Virus record (IMG/VR): IMGVR_UViG_2799113183_000001
Location: 3,426 to 67,425 of that record
DNA from: a virus
Lineage: Duplodnaviria; Caudoviricetes
Direction: 5' to 3' (one strand)
DNA: 64,000 bases
In this document: in pieces, positions 32,404 through 42,553 of the stretch
Position numbering within the stretch: position 1 is the stretch's first letter
Layout of the letters: each line of letters opens with the position of its first letter
The notes under the pieces: model-generated
What the model saw: the letters and a program-made list of their open reading frames with translations, nothing else
The model's database searches: none
Told to the model about the DNA's origin: nothing
Translations under genes and position numbers: made by a program

Positions 32404-33129
32404 GTGGGGGATTCTCGCTGCTCAGAAGTGGAATGCGATAGAAAAGTCATTGCAAGGGGATTCTGCAACTCTCACTATCGTTCGTGGCACCGCTCACGGA
32501 ATAGCTTCGATATCGATTGCCTGTCTTGCGGTGCGCAGGCTGTCGTCAACCGGGCGGGCCAGAAATTCTGCTCGGTTGAATGTGCGGGTCGCCACAACGG
32601 TGCGAAGGCTCGGGAAGTCGCAGCATTGGTTCATCAGAGGAGGCGGAAGGCTGCGCTCGCGCAGCGTTCAATGGTGGTGTTGTATACGGGGCCGCGCACG
32701 ATGCACGGTCCTGTAATACACGTCCGCACCGAACGACGACTAACCAGTGGGCAATGCCGGGTATGTCGCGAGTGGTTCGTTGATCTGCATATGGGCATTA
32801 CCTGCTCAGACGACTGTCGCGAGATTCATCGAGCGTCGGTGAAGCGAGTTCAGAAGTCGCGGCGCAGGGCAGTGAAGCGCAACGCGTATGTCGAGGACGT
32901 TTCGCCCAAGCGTGTTTTTGAACGAGATGGCTATCGCTGCCATATATGCCGCAAGAAAGTTCGGACTGATGTGGTGGTTCCTCACCCTCGTGCGGCAACT
33001 GTGGATCATTTGATCCCCTTGGCTTGCGGCGGAACACATGAAATGGCGAATTGCCGAACTGCCTGCTTTCTCTGCAACGCGGTCAAAGGTGATCGGGGCG
33101 GTGGGGAGCAACTGATGCTTGTCGGATAG
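32404..33129 (+). CDS. HNH endonuclease with Zn-finger N-terminal repeats
   Basis: VFERDGYRCHIC...ATVDHLIPLACGGTHEMANCRTACFLCNAVKG. Confidence 0.9.
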   Translation: MGDSRCSEVECDRKVIARGFCNSHYRSWHRSRNSFDIDCLSCGAQAVVNRAGQKFCSVECAGRHNGAKAREVAALVHQRRRKAALAQRSMVVLYTGPRTMHGPVIHVRTERRLTSGQCRVCREWFVDLHMGITCSDDCREIHRASVKRVQKSRRRAVKRNAYVEDVSPKRVFERDGYRCHICRKKVRTDVVVPHPRAATVDHLIPLACGGTHEMANCRTACFLCNAVKGDRGGGEQLMLVG

Positions 33130-33137
33130 GGGTATTT

Positions 33138-33524
33138 GTGGTCATCGAGGGTGAGTTCGGCGATAACGCGTTGCCGTTTGGGCTTTCTGACGCGGGAACT
33201 GAGTTGTGGACTGGGGTTACGTCGGGCCGGGAGCTTGATGCGCCGTCCAAGGTGTTGCTTTTGAACGCGTGCCGTATCGCTGATCGGCTTGATGATTTGG
33301 TGGAGACGATTGGTTCCCGGTTGACGGTGGTCAATGATCAGGGGACGGAGACGATTAACCCGCTTATCTCTGAGCATCGTCAGCAGTATGCGACTTTGGC
33401 TGCGATTTTGTCGAAAATGGGTCTTGGGGAACTTCCTAAGTCGAAGTCCGGGCCGTCTAAGTGGGATGAGTTGGCGATGCGTCGCCAGAATCGGAATGCG
33501 CCGCCGAAATTGAAGGCTGCTTAG
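33138..33524 (+). CDS. terS: terminase small subunit
   Basis: Position; LLLNACRIADRLD...INPLISEHRQQ pattern of actinophage TerS. Confidence 0.75.
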   Translation: MVIEGEFGDNALPFGLSDAGTELWTGVTSGRELDAPSKVLLLNACRIADRLDDLVETIGSRLTVVNDQGTETINPLISEHRQQYATLAAILSKMGLGELPKSKSGPSKWDELAMRRQNRNAPPKLKAA

Positions 33525-33715
33525 TGCCGGGAATGATGCGTTGGACGTGCAGCCGGGGTTGTTGCACGCGGGGGAGTCGTCGTAGGGAACTTCGCCAATG
33601 GCGTCGTGATGTGTTTGACGAGATTCAGCCGGATTACGGCGTGGAGTACGAGTTTTTCAGGCAACGGGCTGATGCCGGTTTGCCTTTATTGGGGGGCGCT
33701 TCCCTCCAGTTGTAG
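33524..33715 (+). CDS. small hypothetical protein
   Basis: Fills the TerS-TerL gap. Confidence 0.35.
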   Translation: MPGMMRWTCSRGCCTRGSRRRELRQWRRDVFDEIQPDYGVEYEFFRQRADAGLPLLGGASLQL

Positions 33716-33723
33716 GGGGGATT

Positions 33724-35232
33724 TTGACGACGGCGGAAGTGGATGTTTGGGAGCCGCTTACTGACACGACGAGTGTCTATCCGAATCTGATTGGCTCGCA
33801 GGAGCCGCGTCTGTCGAATTACCCGACGTTCTTTACGTCGATGGCCGATGACGGCATGGATTTCATTGAGACGTTCGGGTATCGGCTGTTGCCGTGGCAA
33901 GAGGCGTTGTTTCGGGCGTCGCTCGGTCAAACAAAAGAGAACCTATGGTCGGCGCGCCAGGTAGCTCTCATTGTGACCAGGCAGCAGGGGAAAACTGAGC
34001 TGCTTGAGGCGCGGGAAATGTTCGGCTTGTTCGAGCTGAATGAGCGCATTTTCCATACCTCGCAGCAGGCCAAGACTAATACGCAGGCGTGGCAAGCGCT
34101 CACGTCCAAGATTGATTCGTATCCCGACCTTGAGGAAATGTGTCTGCCGCACAAGAACGGCGGCGAGGAAGTTTCCATTCGTCGGCGCGGGCGCGGTAAC
34201 GGGTTTATTCGCTATATCGCGCGGTCACCGAACTCGGGCCGTGGATTCCGTGACATCGATTTGGTGATGTGTGACGAGGCGTATGCCTTGTCGCCTGCCG
34301 AGTGGGCCGCTTTGGGGCCGACGCAGCGTGCGAATGCGAATCCGCAGACGTGGTTCACGTCGTCGGCGGGCACTGATCAGTCGGAGATGTTGTCCAAGGT
34401 CCGTGACGCGGGTGTGGCGCAGGTCGATCCGGCCTTGTTGTTCGCGGAATGGTCGCTGGCTGAGGGTTCGGACCCGTCTGACCGGTCGTTGTGGCCGATT
34501 GCGCAGCCGTCTCTTGGTGCGCCGTTCTGCACGGTCCGGAACTTGGAGTCTGAGTTCACGACGATGACGTTCGCGGAGTTTGCGCGCGAGCACATGGGCA
34601 TGTGGGATGACCCGCGCGTCAACTCGGTGATCCCGATGGATTCCTGGGATGAGTGCAAGGTCCCTGATTTGCCGGATGGTTCGCAGCCGGTCGTGGATAT
34701 GGACTGGACTGTCGCGTCGGTTGATGTGGCCCCAGATCGCGCCTGGGCGTCTATTGCGGTTGCGGGTAAGCGTCCGGATGGTAGGGCGCATATCGAGGTT
34801 GTGCGGGCCGATCAGGGCGTGAATTGGATTGTGCCGACGATGCAGCGGTTGATTGCGTCATCGACTCCGCCGCGCGCTGTGGCGGTTCAGGCTGGTGCGC
34901 AGGCTGGCGCGTTCGGCGCGGAGCTTGAGCAGGTCGGTTTCAAGGTCTACATGCTCTCACCGCAGGAGGTTGCGGCGGCTACGGCGAAGTTCCATGACGA
35001 CATTGTGTCTGGGCAGTTGACGCATTTGGACGACGAGGCACTTATTCGGGGTTTGTCCGGGGCGACGAAATACCCAATCGGAAAGATTGAGCACGGCGGT
35101 TGGGGCTGGCTGCGTAAAGGAACGTCAGTCGATATTACGGGGATTGTCGCATGTTCATATGCGAACAGGATTTTGACTTTGGAATCGGCAGAGGAAACTT
35201 TGACGAAGAAGAAGCGGTACAGGATGGCGTAA
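33724..35232 (+). CDS. terL: terminase large subunit
   Basis: LLPWQ, RQQGKT Walker A, MCDEA Walker B, C-terminal nuclease (VDVAPDR...DITGIVA). Confidence 0.95.
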   Translation: MTTAEVDVWEPLTDTTSVYPNLIGSQEPRLSNYPTFFTSMADDGMDFIETFGYRLLPWQEALFRASLGQTKENLWSARQVALIVTRQQGKTELLEAREMFGLFELNERIFHTSQQAKTNTQAWQALTSKIDSYPDLEEMCLPHKNGGEEVSIRRRGRGNGFIRYIARSPNSGRGFRDIDLVMCDEAYALSPAEWAALGPTQRANANPQTWFTSSAGTDQSEMLSKVRDAGVAQVDPALLFAEWSLAEGSDPSDRSLWPIAQPSLGAPFCTVRNLESEFTTMTFAEFAREHMGMWDDPRVNSVIPMDSWDECKVPDLPDGSQPVVDMDWTVASVDVAPDRAWASIAVAGKRPDGRAHIEVVRADQGVNWIVPTMQRLIASSTPPRAVAVQAGAQAGAFGAELEQVGFKVYMLSPQEVAAATAKFHDDIVSGQLTHLDDEALIRGLSGATKYPIGKIEHGGWGWLRKGTSVDITGIVACSYANRILTLESAEETLTKKKRYRMA

Positions 35233-36657
35233 ATGGCGATTGAACTGCCTTCTGCGATTTCACACAATGAGGTCCGGAAGTACGTTTCTGATGTCGTGTG
35301 GCCGGAGTTCATTCACCGGCGTATGAAGTTGGACAAGATTGCGAACTGGGCTCGTGGCGCGCAGCCGGATTATCTGATTGCGCCTGCGAACAAGGAGAAG
35401 CGCGCGCTGTTGAAGCTCGCGAAGACGCCGTGGCTCGGGCTGGTGGTGACGACGTTCACCCAGTGCTTGTTCGTGGATGGCTACCGGGCCGAGGGCGAGA
35501 AGTTGAACGCGCCGGGGCAGTGGCAGACGTGGAACGCCAACAACATGGCGAAGCAGCAGATCGGTATCCACCGTGCGGCGTTGACGTACGGGTATTCGTA
35601 CGCGCGTGCGCTGCCGGGTGTGGCGTTGGACGGCGCGAATCAGGCGACGTTGGCGGGGCTGTCGCCGCGATCCTTGTTGGCGCTCTACGAGAATCCGGTG
35701 TCGGATGAGTATCCGCGCTATGCGCTGGAGTTGATGCACAACGGGTCGGCGGTGCGGTTCTACACGGACCACTACTACTACGACCTTCCGATGCCTACCA
35801 GCGGTGAGTTTCCGGTTGATCCGGAGCCGGTCTATCACGGCGTCGGGGTGTGTCCGTTCGTGCGGTACGTGAATATGATGGATCTCGACGGCTTCACGAT
35901 GGGTGAGGTCGAGTATCTGATTCCGGCTGCGGCGAAGATCGACAAGACGGACTTTGACCGGCTGCTCGCACAGCATTACAACTCGTGGAAGGTCAAGGTA
36001 GCCACGGGTATTGACGAGCTGGATGCGGAGTCAACGCCGGAAGAGGCGCAGCAGGCCAAGTTCAAGCTGGCTCAGGACGACATTCTCATGCACGGTAATC
36101 ATGAGGCGAAGTTCTACACGCTTCCGGAGACCGCGTTGGACGGCTTCATTGCGTCTCATGAGCAGGACGTGGAATCGCTCGCAAGCAATGCGCAGCTTCC
36201 GTCCTACCTACTTACCGGCAAGCTCGCGAATCTGTCCGCAGATGCGCTTACGGCGGCAACGAAGGGCACCACACAGAAGCTCTATGAGCGTCAGGTGACC
36301 TTCGGGTCTGCGCACAACCAGTTGATGCGGTTGGCTGCGCACGTCGAGGGCGACGCGGCGGCGGCTCGGGACTTCACGGCGTCAGTGTCGTGGCAGGACA
36401 CGCAGATTCGTTCGTTGGCGCAGGCTGTTGATGCGTACGGCAAGGCCGCGCAGATGCTTGGTATGCCCAAGCAGTTCTTGTGGTCTCTCATTCCGGGTAT
36501 CACGCAGTCGGACGTTGAGGCGATGGAGAAGCATTTCCACGACGACGATCCGGTGACTAAGACATTGCTGTATTGGAACAACGGTCCGGGCCAGGACCCC
36601 AATCAGCAGAAGCAGCAAGGGGTTCCGGGTAACGACGGGCTCCGCGCTGCGGCATAA
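35233..36657 (+). CDS. portal protein (SPP1 gp6-like)
   Basis: Position after TerL; WNANNM, CPFVRYVN, ANLSADAL motifs. Confidence 0.92.
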   Translation: MAIELPSAISHNEVRKYVSDVVWPEFIHRRMKLDKIANWARGAQPDYLIAPANKEKRALLKLAKTPWLGLVVTTFTQCLFVDGYRAEGEKLNAPGQWQTWNANNMAKQQIGIHRAALTYGYSYARALPGVALDGANQATLAGLSPRSLLALYENPVSDEYPRYALELMHNGSAVRFYTDHYYYDLPMPTSGEFPVDPEPVYHGVGVCPFVRYVNMMDLDGFTMGEVEYLIPAAAKIDKTDFDRLLAQHYNSWKVKVATGIDELDAESTPEEAQQAKFKLAQDDILMHGNHEAKFYTLPETALDGFIASHEQDVESLASNAQLPSYLLTGKLANLSADALTAATKGTTQKLYERQVTFGSAHNQLMRLAAHVEGDAAAARDFTASVSWQDTQIRSLAQAVDAYGKAAQMLGMPKQFLWSLIPGITQSDVEAMEKHFHDDDPVTKTLLYWNNGPGQDPNQQKQQGVPGNDGLRAAA

Positions 36658-36679
36658 CTAAACATGGGGGGTTCTGTGA

Positions 36680-37954
36680 GTGGCAACCGAGCAGAAGCCT
36701 AAGGAACCGAAAGCGATTCCGGCTCTTGCGGAATGGTATGCGTCACAGCATGCCGACGAGCAGGATTCTATCGCTGATCAGGTCGCGGCCGGGTTGGGAA
36801 TCCTTTGGGCCATCCTGCAATTCAATGATCTGGACAAGACCACGGCATCGTGGCTGCACGCTACCACGCTTGAAATTGAGAAGGGCTACGAAGCAAGTAG
36901 TCAGGCGGCGTTCGAGTACGTGCAAGCTGCGAAGTGGTCTGTCCAGCCAGAGGCGCCACCGCTGGAGAAGCTGAATGTTTCTCTGCCGGTGGCGGATACG
37001 CAGTTGAAGATGCGGGTCACTGGTCCAATTGAGGTGAAACGCAAGATGCCTGCGCCGGAGCCGGACGCGATGGCTGCGGGCGAGAAGGCATCTACGGGTG
37101 CTGGTGTCACTGCGGCTGTGGACGGTGCGCGTGAGCAGGTCCTTGCGCAGGTGCAGGCCGAGTATCAGCGGGCCGTCAAGAATGAGGCGAAAGCCTTGGC
37201 GCAGAACCCAGTTCGTGACCGGCAGTGGGCGACTCTCCAGAAGTGGGAGGCCGAGCTTGCCGAGCTGCGGGCCAAGGGTGTGCCGGAGACTTCCGGGCGT
37301 GTGCGTCGGCTCAATGAGCTGATTGCGCCGGTCAAGGAATCTCTGGGGGACTACACGCCGTCCGGCACTGCGGCGGCGGAGGTCCCGAAGTCGTCCAAGC
37401 GGGCGAAACAGGAGAAGCGTCCGGAGTCGCCACAGGGTCGCAAGGCGGCTATCGGGTATGCGCGGGTCACGGATAACGATCCGTGTTACTTCTGCGCTGT
37501 GTTGGCCTCGCAAGGGGCCGTCTATTACAGCGAGGACTCGTTTGACCGCTCGAATTCGTTGATTCGCGAGGTTAAGTGGACAAGTAATAGCGATAAGGGT
37601 ACGCGGCGCGCGTTCCTTGGTGATGGACCGGCGAAGGTGCACGACAATTGTCGTTGCACGTTGCGTCCTGTTTACCGGGAAGCGGATAAGTACGACAAGC
37701 GTGCTAAGTACTTCTTGGATCAGTGGGACAAGATCACGGACGGTTTGAGTGGCAAGGAAGCCATGAATCGATTCCGTGCCGAGTATGTTCCACCTCCACC
37801 TTACAGCGCAGATGTGCTGGATTTGAAAGAGCGCAAGCGCATTGTCGCTGACGTTCGTCATAACCGTGAGGCTTTGATGTCGCGCGGGTTTGCGGCCAGT
37901 TCGCCGCAGGTCAAGTTTCTTGACCGTTCTATTCGGAAACTAGAAGCAATCTAG
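36680..37954 (+). CDS. MuF-like / capsid maturation protein
   Basis: RVTDNDPCYFCAVLASQG...HDNCRC motif; between portal and scaffold. Confidence 0.8.
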   Translation: MATEQKPKEPKAIPALAEWYASQHADEQDSIADQVAAGLGILWAILQFNDLDKTTASWLHATTLEIEKGYEASSQAAFEYVQAAKWSVQPEAPPLEKLNVSLPVADTQLKMRVTGPIEVKRKMPAPEPDAMAAGEKASTGAGVTAAVDGAREQVLAQVQAEYQRAVKNEAKALAQNPVRDRQWATLQKWEAELAELRAKGVPETSGRVRRLNELIAPVKESLGDYTPSGTAAAEVPKSSKRAKQEKRPESPQGRKAAIGYARVTDNDPCYFCAVLASQGAVYYSEDSFDRSNSLIREVKWTSNSDKGTRRAFLGDGPAKVHDNCRCTLRPVYREADKYDKRAKYFLDQWDKITDGLSGKEAMNRFRAEYVPPPPYSADVLDLKERKRIVADVRHNREALMSRGFAASSPQVKFLDRSIRKLEAI

Positions 37955-38013
37955 GTGCGCGGGACAGTCAACGCGCGATTTATTGGCTGGTTAGATAAGG
38001 AAGATAGTAGTAA

Positions 38014-38646
38014 ATGCCTGAAATTGTGACTCCAGAAGTTGATTCCAACACGTCGGTTGATAATCCGGGTAACGGCGGTCCGGTGGATACGAACGATTCG
38101 CTAAAGGATGACGAGGATAGTTTCAAGCCTATTGTGCTTGATTCGCAGGATGCTGTGAATGCATTCATGCAGAAGCGTATTTCTCGTGTTGAGAAGAAGT
38201 ACGAGGGATTCGAGGACTTCAAGGCTAAGGCTTCCCAGTTCGATCAACTGGAGGCTGAAAAGGGTTCTGACATCGAGAAGTTGACCCGGCGTGCCGATAA
38301 GGCTGAGAAGGAGCGTGATGCGCTCCAGGACAAGGTTACGAAGGCTGAGCGTGCGGAACTTGTGCGCGATATCGCTGACGAGCTTGGTCTGCCTAAGAAG
38401 TTGATTGGCCGTGTGCGCGGTGATTCCGAGGACGATATTCGGGCGGATATTGCAGATCTTCTTGAAAGTGTGCCGTCGCCAAAGACGGACAGTGATTCAA
38501 AGGATAAGAAGGATGCCGGTGACGGCCCGCCTTCTGGTGCTCCAAAGTCGAAGTTGAAGTTCGCCGCTACGGGGGATGAGACGGATGCTTTGAATGTGAG
38601 CGCCGATGACGTTTTGAAGCGTGTTCCACGCGGCGGCGGCGTCTAA
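38014..38646 (+). CDS. capsid scaffolding protein
   Basis: Acidic coiled coil (QDAVNAFMQKRISR) preceding the capsid gene. Confidence 0.85.
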   Translation: MPEIVTPEVDSNTSVDNPGNGGPVDTNDSLKDDEDSFKPIVLDSQDAVNAFMQKRISRVEKKYEGFEDFKAKASQFDQLEAEKGSDIEKLTRRADKAEKERDALQDKVTKAERAELVRDIADELGLPKKLIGRVRGDSEDDIRADIADLLESVPSPKTDSDSKDKKDAGDGPPSGAPKSKLKFAATGDETDALNVSADDVLKRVPRGGGV

Positions 38647-38691
38647 CAATACAGCCGCTGTTTAACAACTAAATATTGAAAGTGGGGGGTT

Positions 38692-39840
38692 TTGTCTCAC
38701 ATTTTTGTGAAGCCCGAGCTTGTTGCCGAGATTGGTATCAAGCAGCTCCAGCGTGAAATTGTTTTGCCTGGACTTGTTTGGACGAATCCGCTGACGAATT
38801 TCGGTGGTTCTAAGAACGACACGATTACGGTCCGCATTCAGGCCATCACGACCGCTAATCGTCGTGATCTGCGCTCGACTGATCGTTCGGTGGTCGCGTC
38901 GGATCTGGTCGAGCATTCAATTGCCGTGACGCTGGATAAGCACATTTACGCGGCATTGAAGTTCACGGATGAGCAGCGCACGTTGGACATCTATGACTAC
39001 ACCGAGCAGGTTATTAAGCCGCAGGTTTCTGCTGTTGCTTACGAGCTTGAGGACTACATCGCTGAGTTGATTGAGAGCGCTCCTTACGAGGAGACGTTGC
39101 TGATTGACCCTGCGGATACGGTTCCGGCGTTCATTTCTGCCGACCAGCGGTTGGGCGAGAATTTCGTTCCGCAGAACGACCGCGTGTTGGTGGTTGGTTC
39201 GTCTGTGGCCGCTGCTTTGGCGAAGGATCACCAGTTCCGTCACGCCGATTGGTCCGGAGACCAGGCGAACACGGCTCTGCGTGACGCTCACGTGGGCCGC
39301 TTGGCCGGTATGGACGTGATCAAGTCGTTGGCCATCGCTCCTGACAAGGCGTATGTGTGGCATCGCACGGCATTCATCTTGGCGACTCGTGCGCCTGTGG
39401 TGCCTGAGGGTGCTCGCGCGGGTGCGTCTTACGCGGTCGGTGGTACGGCTCTGCGCTGGCTTGCCGATTACGACTACTCGCAGTTGGGTGACCGTACGTT
39501 GCTCGATGTGTTCGCGGGTCGTCAGCACGTTTTGGACCCGAACCGTGGATTCATTCGTGCCGTGGAGCTACAGCTTACGACGGACGGAATCAAGGTTGCC
39601 GGTGGCGATTTCGCGCTGTTGACCACCACGGGTACGCGTCAGTTGAAGGTCCGTGACAACAACGGCACCGACGTTACGGCGCGTTCTACGTTCACCTCTG
39701 CCACTCCTGCCAAGGCCACGGTTTCTGCCGGAGGCTTGGTGACGGGTGTGTCTGCGGGTACGTCTGTGATCACGGCGTCTTACGTTCCACCGCAGGGTGG
39801 CGCAGCCAAGACGGCAACCGTGACGGTGTCGGTGCCGTAG
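38692..39840 (+). CDS. major capsid protein with C-terminal Ig-like (Big_2) domain
   Basis: P22-coat-like N-terminal part; C-terminal ATVSAGGLVTGVSAGTSVITASY. Confidence 0.9.
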   Translation: MSHIFVKPELVAEIGIKQLQREIVLPGLVWTNPLTNFGGSKNDTITVRIQAITTANRRDLRSTDRSVVASDLVEHSIAVTLDKHIYAALKFTDEQRTLDIYDYTEQVIKPQVSAVAYELEDYIAELIESAPYEETLLIDPADTVPAFISADQRLGENFVPQNDRVLVVGSSVAAALAKDHQFRHADWSGDQANTALRDAHVGRLAGMDVIKSLAIAPDKAYVWHRTAFILATRAPVVPEGARAGASYAVGGTALRWLADYDYSQLGDRTLLDVFAGRQHVLDPNRGFIRAVELQLTTDGIKVAGGDFALLTTTGTRQLKVRDNNGTDVTARSTFTSATPAKATVSAGGLVTGVSAGTSVITASYVPPQGGAAKTATVTVSVP

Positions 39841-39851
39841 GCGGTGCTCTG

Positions 39852-40322
39852 ATGGCGGGTTTGTTGGCGTCTATTGACGATCTACAGACCCTCATGCAGA
39901 CGGAGTTCTCCGGTGAGGCTCGGGAGCAAGCTGAGCTTGTTCTGAGCATTGTGTCCAGTTGGGCACGGGTGGTGTCCGGTCAGTCTTGGCCGGACGCCCC
40001 CACCGGGGTTCCGGATGATGTGAGGGCGGTCGTGCTGGCCGCGTCCCGCCGTGAGTTGCGGAATCCGGACCGGGTGATTACCCGGCAGATGGGTCCGTTC
40101 AATGTCACCTACAGCGCGCCTCCGGACGGGTTCTTTTACCCGGCTGAGTTGGCAATCCTTAAGCGTTTCAAGCGTAGTGGGGGATTGCGCACGGTGGCCA
40201 CGACTCGCGGCGATATGCCATGCATTGGCACGGCGTTTCTCCAGTACGGCAATGGTGACGTGTTGTTCCCGGCGTTCAGCGCGTTTGAGCCTGGGTATGA
40301 CGAAGCGATCCACGTATGTTGA
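39852..40322 (+). CDS. head-to-tail adaptor
   Basis: LASIDDL...VPDDVRAVVL...NPD...QMGPF motifs; synteny. Confidence 0.8.
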   Translation: MAGLLASIDDLQTLMQTEFSGEAREQAELVLSIVSSWARVVSGQSWPDAPTGVPDDVRAVVLAASRRELRNPDRVITRQMGPFNVTYSAPPDGFFYPAELAILKRFKRSGGLRTVATTRGDMPCIGTAFLQYGNGDVLFPAFSAFEPGYDEAIHVC

Positions 40323-40654
40323 CGGAGAAGGTAACCGTATTCCGGGGTGGTACAGACAAATACGGGAATCCGAATAAGACGGCGCATGGGATTGTGGACG
40401 GGGTTTTCGCGTGGGGTGGCTCGCGCGGTAACGGTGCACGGTTCACGCAGTCGAATGACCGGCGTGAGGCGGCTGCGATCAACGCGGACTTCTATGTTGC
40501 GCGGGGATCTGATTTGCGTGCGCGTGATCGGTTGAAGCGTGCGAACGGCGAGGAGTACGCCGTTGTGGGACATGCCTTGTGGGACCAGCAGCATCCGATG
40601 GACGGGTTTGATTTCGGGTGGATGGTGTTCAATTTGGAGTCGCTCAATGGTTGA
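40316..40654 (+). CDS. head-to-tail stopper
   Basis: DKYGNP...DLRARDRL motifs; synteny. Confidence 0.75.
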   Translation: MLTEKVTVFRGGTDKYGNPNKTAHGIVDGVFAWGGSRGNGARFTQSNDRREAAAINADFYVARGSDLRARDRLKRANGEEYAVVGHALWDQQHPMDGFDFGWMVFNLESLNG

Positions 40655-41036
40655 CAAGTTTCCATTGTTCGATATCGATGTTCCGCGTCCGAATAAGGCT
40701 TTGGCACAGATACTTTCGTCTGCGCCGGGTTTGAACGCTGTCTTGATGAAGACTGGCCAAGAGGTTGTGACGCGCTATCAGGCTCACGTTGCGAAGAAGA
40801 CCGGAAGGTTGGCGGGGTCCGCTCTGACGCATGTCGTCATGGGCGGGAACAAGAAGCGTGACCGCATGGTCGGCAAGGTGACCGTGGGTGGTCAGGCCGC
40901 GTTGTCTGATTGGAAGGGCCAGCCGTTCTCGTACGGTCCGATGCATGAGTTTGGCTCTCGTACAAGGAAGATCGAGTTTCCGGCTGCGGATGACCTTGCG
41001 GAGGTTATGAAGTCGATGTACGAGGGGGTGCGGTAG
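40647..41036 (+). CDS. tail completion / HK97 gp10-like protein
   Basis: KKTGRLAGS, MHEFGS motifs; synteny. Confidence 0.65.
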   Translation: MVDKFPLFDIDVPRPNKALAQILSSAPGLNAVLMKTGQEVVTRYQAHVAKKTGRLAGSALTHVVMGGNKKRDRMVGKVTVGGQAALSDWKGQPFSYGPMHEFGSRTRKIEFPAADDLAEVMKSMYEGVR

Positions 41037-41524
41037 TGGCTATTGCATTGCCGCAGTGGTTCCAGCACAACTTTGTGAACGTCGAGAACTTGATGATCGA
41101 CATTTTCACGAAGGTGTTGCCGGACGTTGAGTCCGGGTGCTGGACGCCTGATGGCTGGCTGGATGAGCAGCTACCCAACGAGGTCGATCCGATGTTGTGG
41201 TTCGTGCGTCTGCCTGGCGGGCATGTGGATTGGGACCGTCACCGGGACCAGAGCCTCGTGCAGGTAAGTGCTGTCACGGGCAGCCGTGATGACTCGTGGG
41301 ATGTGATGTCGGTTGTGCGTTCGGTGCTTCTGCCGATGCAGGGCTTCAAGTTCACGATGGCTGACGGGTTCACTGCGCAGATTCACTGCGCGGGGGAGAA
41401 GTCGGGGCCGAATCTGCTGACGCCGGGTCAACAGCTCGATACGCGCGTGGTTACCGCCGTATTCGACGTGGGGGTTGGTTTGCGTTATCGCAACAACTAT
41501 TTGAAAGAAGTCGCCTTGCTTTAG
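41036..41524 (+). CDS. tail terminator
   Basis: VRLPGG motif; immediately upstream of the major tail gene. Confidence 0.75.
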   Translation: MAIALPQWFQHNFVNVENLMIDIFTKVLPDVESGCWTPDGWLDEQLPNEVDPMLWFVRLPGGHVDWDRHRDQSLVQVSAVTGSRDDSWDVMSVVRSVLLPMQGFKFTMADGFTAQIHCAGEKSGPNLLTPGQQLDTRVVTAVFDVGVGLRYRNNYLKEVALL

Positions 41525-41563
41525 GCGGCAATTAATAACTTAATACAGGAAGCACAACTAAAT

Positions 41564-42466
41564 ATGGTGGATTTTTACACGTTGAAGGATGCGCAGGCCG
41601 ATCTTGCTATTGCGCCTCTCAACTTGACGGTGCTGCTTGCGCCCTATTCTGTTGCTCCAGCATTGACGTTGGAATCGCCTACGGATGGATCTCTGGCTGT
41701 GCCTGCGGGCTACAAGTCGGTTGGCCATTTCGAGAAGAAGGCCGGTCTTACGCTCGGCAATGAGTTCGATTCCAAGGACATTGAGGCATACGGCGAGCCC
41801 GAGCCGATTCGTACCATTATCAATAAGCGTACGACGACGTTCGAGTTCTCGATGTTCCAGAACCAGCGCAATGTGCTGGAGCTGATCTGGACGCAGGACT
41901 TCTCGGATATCCAGCCATCTGAGTTCGGTGGTGTCGTTCTTGAGGCCCCCAAGGTGCCTAAGAACATCTACTACCGCGCAATTCTGGTCGGTTTGGATGA
42001 TCGTAACGACCGTGAGGTCTGGACGTACTGGCTGATGCCCAAGGTGAAGCTGGACAAGATCGATAACCAGACGCTCAATGACGACAACGTGATTGAGTAC
42101 AAGCCAACGATGAAGGCTTTCCGTGATGATACGGTGGGCTATTCGGTGGCGCAGGGATTCGCCGGTCCGGGTTGGCGCGACATTGTTGCGACGGCTGGTT
42201 TCGGTACGGCCTTGACGGCGATCGATGCTACTCCGGCTACGGCCTCGTTGACTGTTGCCTCTGGTGCTTCGCACACGGTGCAGTTGCTTGTGGAGGGCGA
42301 CAACGGAATCAATTACACGCCGGACGTTACGTTTACGTCGTCTGCGCCTGCGATTGCTTCTGTTTCGGCTTCTGGCTTGGTGACGGGTGTGGCTGCCGGT
42401 TCGGCGACGATTACGGCGAAGAAGGGTGCGACGTTGACGGATACGGTCAGCGTCACCGTTACTTAG
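41564..42466 (+). CDS. major tail protein with C-terminal Ig-like domain
   Basis: IEAYGEPEPIRT motif; C-terminal ASVSASGLVTGVAAGSATIT. Confidence 0.92.
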   Translation: MVDFYTLKDAQADLAIAPLNLTVLLAPYSVAPALTLESPTDGSLAVPAGYKSVGHFEKKAGLTLGNEFDSKDIEAYGEPEPIRTIINKRTTTFEFSMFQNQRNVLELIWTQDFSDIQPSEFGGVVLEAPKVPKNIYYRAILVGLDDRNDREVWTYWLMPKVKLDKIDNQTLNDDNVIEYKPTMKAFRDDTVGYSVAQGFAGPGWRDIVATAGFGTALTAIDATPATASLTVASGASHTVQLLVEGDNGINYTPDVTFTSSAPAIASVSASGLVTGVAAGSATITAKKGATLTDTVSVTVT

Positions 42467-42483
42467 TAACGAATTTGGGGAAT

Positions 42484-42522
42484 GAGGGGGGTAACTTTCG
42501 GGTTACTCCCCTCTCCCTTTCG
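42484..42522 (+). terminator. intrinsic terminator/attenuator after the major tail gene
   Basis: GAGGGGGGTAAC...GTTACTCCCCTC hairpin followed by a pyrimidine tract. Confidence 0.65.
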
Positions 42523-42553
42523 TATTTAAATCTTGAAATAGGGGGAAACACTT

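Noticed and set aside
7483-35232. Inteins or introns in DnaB, the Nampt-like gene, TerL or portal
   Set aside because: Lengths are normal for these families and no intein splice or LAGLIDADG motifs were seen
41558-42274. Long antisense ORFs opposite structural and replication genes (also 36743-37861, 60946-61866, 20315-21073 and others)
   Set aside because: Shadow ORFs expected from GC-rich codon bias; they lack motifs and RBS and overlap well-supported genes
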